From a virus: 64,000 nucleotides of DNA. The stretch is taken from IMG/VR virus record IMGVR_UViG_3300047300_000657, positions 3,929 through 67,928 of that record; one strand, given 5' to 3'. The notes beneath the pieces were generated by a model, which did no database searches, was not told the DNA's origin, and was given only the letters and a program-made list of their open reading frames with translations. Positions 62,195 through 64,000 of this stretch are shown here, piece after piece. A program made the position numbers and the translations under genes. Positions within the stretch are counted from its first letter, which is position 1; every line of letters begins with the position of its first letter.

Positions 62195-63244
62195 TTAAGA
62201 AGCAACCTTGACGTTCTTTACAACGACCCAAGCGTCTGCCTGCTCGATCTGAACACCAACACGAGTATACATTGTGTACTCGATTGAGTCCTTACGAGGC
62301 CAGAAGAAGCGGTAAACAGTTACGTCACGCTTGATACCAATAACTACGTTATTTGGGAATGTCAAGTGGATGTCACCGTGTGAACCTGCTGCGCCATCAT
62401 AATCACCGTTCTGTGTTTCAGGTAGAAGTGGAACTTCTACGATTGGAATACCGAATGCGTATGGTGCAACATATCCTGCTGGTCCACCAAGAACAGGAAC
62501 ATCACCACGGATGATGCCTGAAGCAATATCCTGAGGGTTAACGTTCTGAATGTTCTGTGATGTGCTGTATAGGTAATCCTGGATCAAGTTTGAACCAGAA
62601 AGGAAGCGAAGGTCTGTACGACGTTGCTTATACTTACGTGGAAGTGCCTTCAAAGCAGAATTGAATACTGCACGAGAAATGCTTGCGCCTTCTGCGTCAA
62701 CTACGTGACCATAAGACTTAGCCTTCTTCACTGCACCATCGAATGACTTGTAAAGTGCATCGCCTGTAAGTGACTCGTCACCGTTAAGGATAACATCTTC
62801 GATGTCATTTCCTGCCTGTGTAGCCATCATACGTGCAATGTGATCTTCAAGATCTGCACCTTCGATGTTGTCTTCGAGAGATTCTGTTGATAGCTCCCAA
62901 TCCATGCGAAGCTTCTTTGTTGTAAGAGAGATCTTTGAGAAAGTTACTGCGCTATTTGAAGCAGTGTTCTCGCCTTCAGATGCAAGCTTTACAAGCTTTT
63001 CTCCGACAGACATACGATCAATCTCTGTTGTATCAGCTTTCATTCGGACTGTACGTGCAACCTTACCAATTACGGTAGCGTCGAACATATAGTCTAGGAA
63101 TCTAGCTGACTGTTCTGGGTTAAGGAGACCACCATTTCCGTTTTCGGAAGCTGTGTGAACACCTGAACCACCTGTTGATGAGCCGAAGCCTGTTGACACT
63201 GTTGCGCCAGCTGCTGCAGCCTTTTCTAACAATTCATTACTCAT
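62195..63244 (-). CDS. major capsid protein (HK97-fold)
   Basis: GGLLNPEQ..RF, ELSTE.LEDNIEG, NDIED..LNGD; highly biased codon usage. Confidence 0.92.
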   Translation of the reverse strand: MSNELLEKAAAAGATVSTGFGSSTGGSGVHTASENGNGGLLNPEQSARFLDYMFDATVIGKVARTVRMKADTTEIDRMSVGEKLVKLASEGENTASNSAVTFSKISLTTKKLRMDWELSTESLEDNIEGADLEDHIARMMATQAGNDIEDVILNGDESLTGDALYKSFDGAVKKAKSYGHVVDAEGASISRAVFNSALKALPRKYKQRRTDLRFLSGSNLIQDYLYSTSQNIQNVNPQDIASGIIRGDVPVLGGPAGYVAPYAFGIPIVEVPLLPETQNGDYDGAAGSHGDIHLTFPNNVVIGIKRDVTVYRFFWPRKDSIEYTMYTRVGVQIEQADAWVVVKNVKVAS

Positions 63245-63263
63245 TTATTTTTCACCTACCCTA

Positions 63264-64000
63264 TTAGTTGAAGATTTCATTTACGGAACCGAGGAAAGCA
63301 CCGTGCCATTTTGAATTTGACTTTGTTACTACCTCTGATCGGCCAAGATCTGAGGACTTCTTAAATGCGGTTTCGCCTTCTACGGCATCTACACGCTTTT
63401 GAACACCATCAATGGTGCTCTTGATTTCTGTCACAGCTGCACTAAGTGCAGTGTGCTTTTCTGCCAGTTCTGTGATCTGTGCATTTACACTCTTGCTAAA
63501 GTTCTCTACTGTTTCTTTAATTTCTGAAACTTGAACAGCATTAGCTTCTGTTGCTTTGACCAAGGTCTCTGAGAAAAAGCCTTTTAGTTCGCCTAACATC
63601 TTTGCAAAATCAGGTTGTTCAACCTCTTCTGGTGTTTCGGCTGCTTTTTCAACGGAGTCGGCAGGAGTTGTTTCTACTGATGCAACTGCATCTTCTGAAA
63701 CGACATCAGACTTTTCAATGTCTGCTTCTACTTCAGACTTTACGTCTTCAGCGTCAGCAGGAGTTGAATCAACAGCTGCTTCTGCAACTGGTGCATCTGA
63801 TTCTGGTAGAGCTGTTTCAATTGGAGCTTCGACTACTGCCTCAGCTTCTTTGTTAACGTTAAGCTTTTCCATCTCATTACCTCCTTCTACGCTTGCCTGT
63901 TTTGCTATTTGTGTTTCAGGCAACGGTAATCTTGACTTCTGAAATGAAGCAAGAATCTTATCTATTTCTTTTGCTTTGTTTATATCTGAACTTTCTACCC
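63264..64000 (-). CDS. C-terminal part of prohead protease/scaffold (5' end outside window)
   Basis: frame is open to the window edge; acidic region plus coiled coil directly upstream of the capsid gene. Confidence 0.7.
   Translation of the reverse strand, partial: VESSDINKAKEIDKILASFQKSRLPLPETQIAKQASVEGGNEMEKLNVNKEAEAVVEAPIETALPESDAPVAEAAVDSTPADAEDVKSEVEADIEKSDVVSEDAVASVETTPADSVEKAAETPEEVEQPDFAKMLGELKGFFSETLVKATEANAVQVSEIKETVENFSKSVNAQITELAEKHTALSAAVTEIKSTIDGVQKRVDAVEGETAFKKSSDLGRSEVVTKSNSKWHGAFLGSVNEIFN

Noticed and set aside
1870-63942. Plus-strand ORFs in the track
   Set aside because: All lie antisense to coherent minus-strand genes and lack recognisable motifs; many arise from Ala-rich codon bias.
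1-64000. Cellular chromosome or prophage interpretation
   Set aside because: Host-like genes are interspersed with phage genes on one strand, with no integrase, att site, rRNA or housekeeping operons.

Overview
A 64-kb segment of a large, AT-rich, long-tailed (sipho-type) bacteriophage genome with essentially all genes on the minus strand. WhiB, an ahpC-ahpD pair, an actinobacterial-type pyrimidine-dimer glycosylase, pervasive leaderless promoters and the gene order point to an actinobacterial host. A low-GC freshwater Nanopelagicales-like host is an inference. Read right to left in the direction of transcription, the window holds: (1) a head/tail module (protease-scaffold, major capsid, neck, major tail, frameshifted tail chaperones, 2400-aa tape measure, minor tail proteins, tail fibre); (2) a replication/recombination module (phosphoesterase, DnaB, primase, SSB, DnaE, MazG, RecA, Cas4-like nuclease, RuvC); (3) terminase; (4) a 21-tRNA array; (5) a ~23-kb accessory region with oxidative-stress, sulfur, Fe/2OG oxygenase, radical SAM, lysis and cell-surface genes. 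Top hunt results: (a) an apparent ribosome-dependent attenuator inside the tRNA array, made of a leaderless 30-codon peptide, alternative pairings and a terminator, whose codons cover all 12 tRNAs behind it; (b) a ~180-nt multi-hairpin RNA wedged between two tRNAs; (c) three unannotated MCxxCG(x)C micropeptides coupled to a radical SAM/SPASM gene; (d) a pseudoknotted leader on the APS-kinase fusion; (e) a ROSE-like thermometer on hsp20. All structures were folded by eye and no database searches were run.
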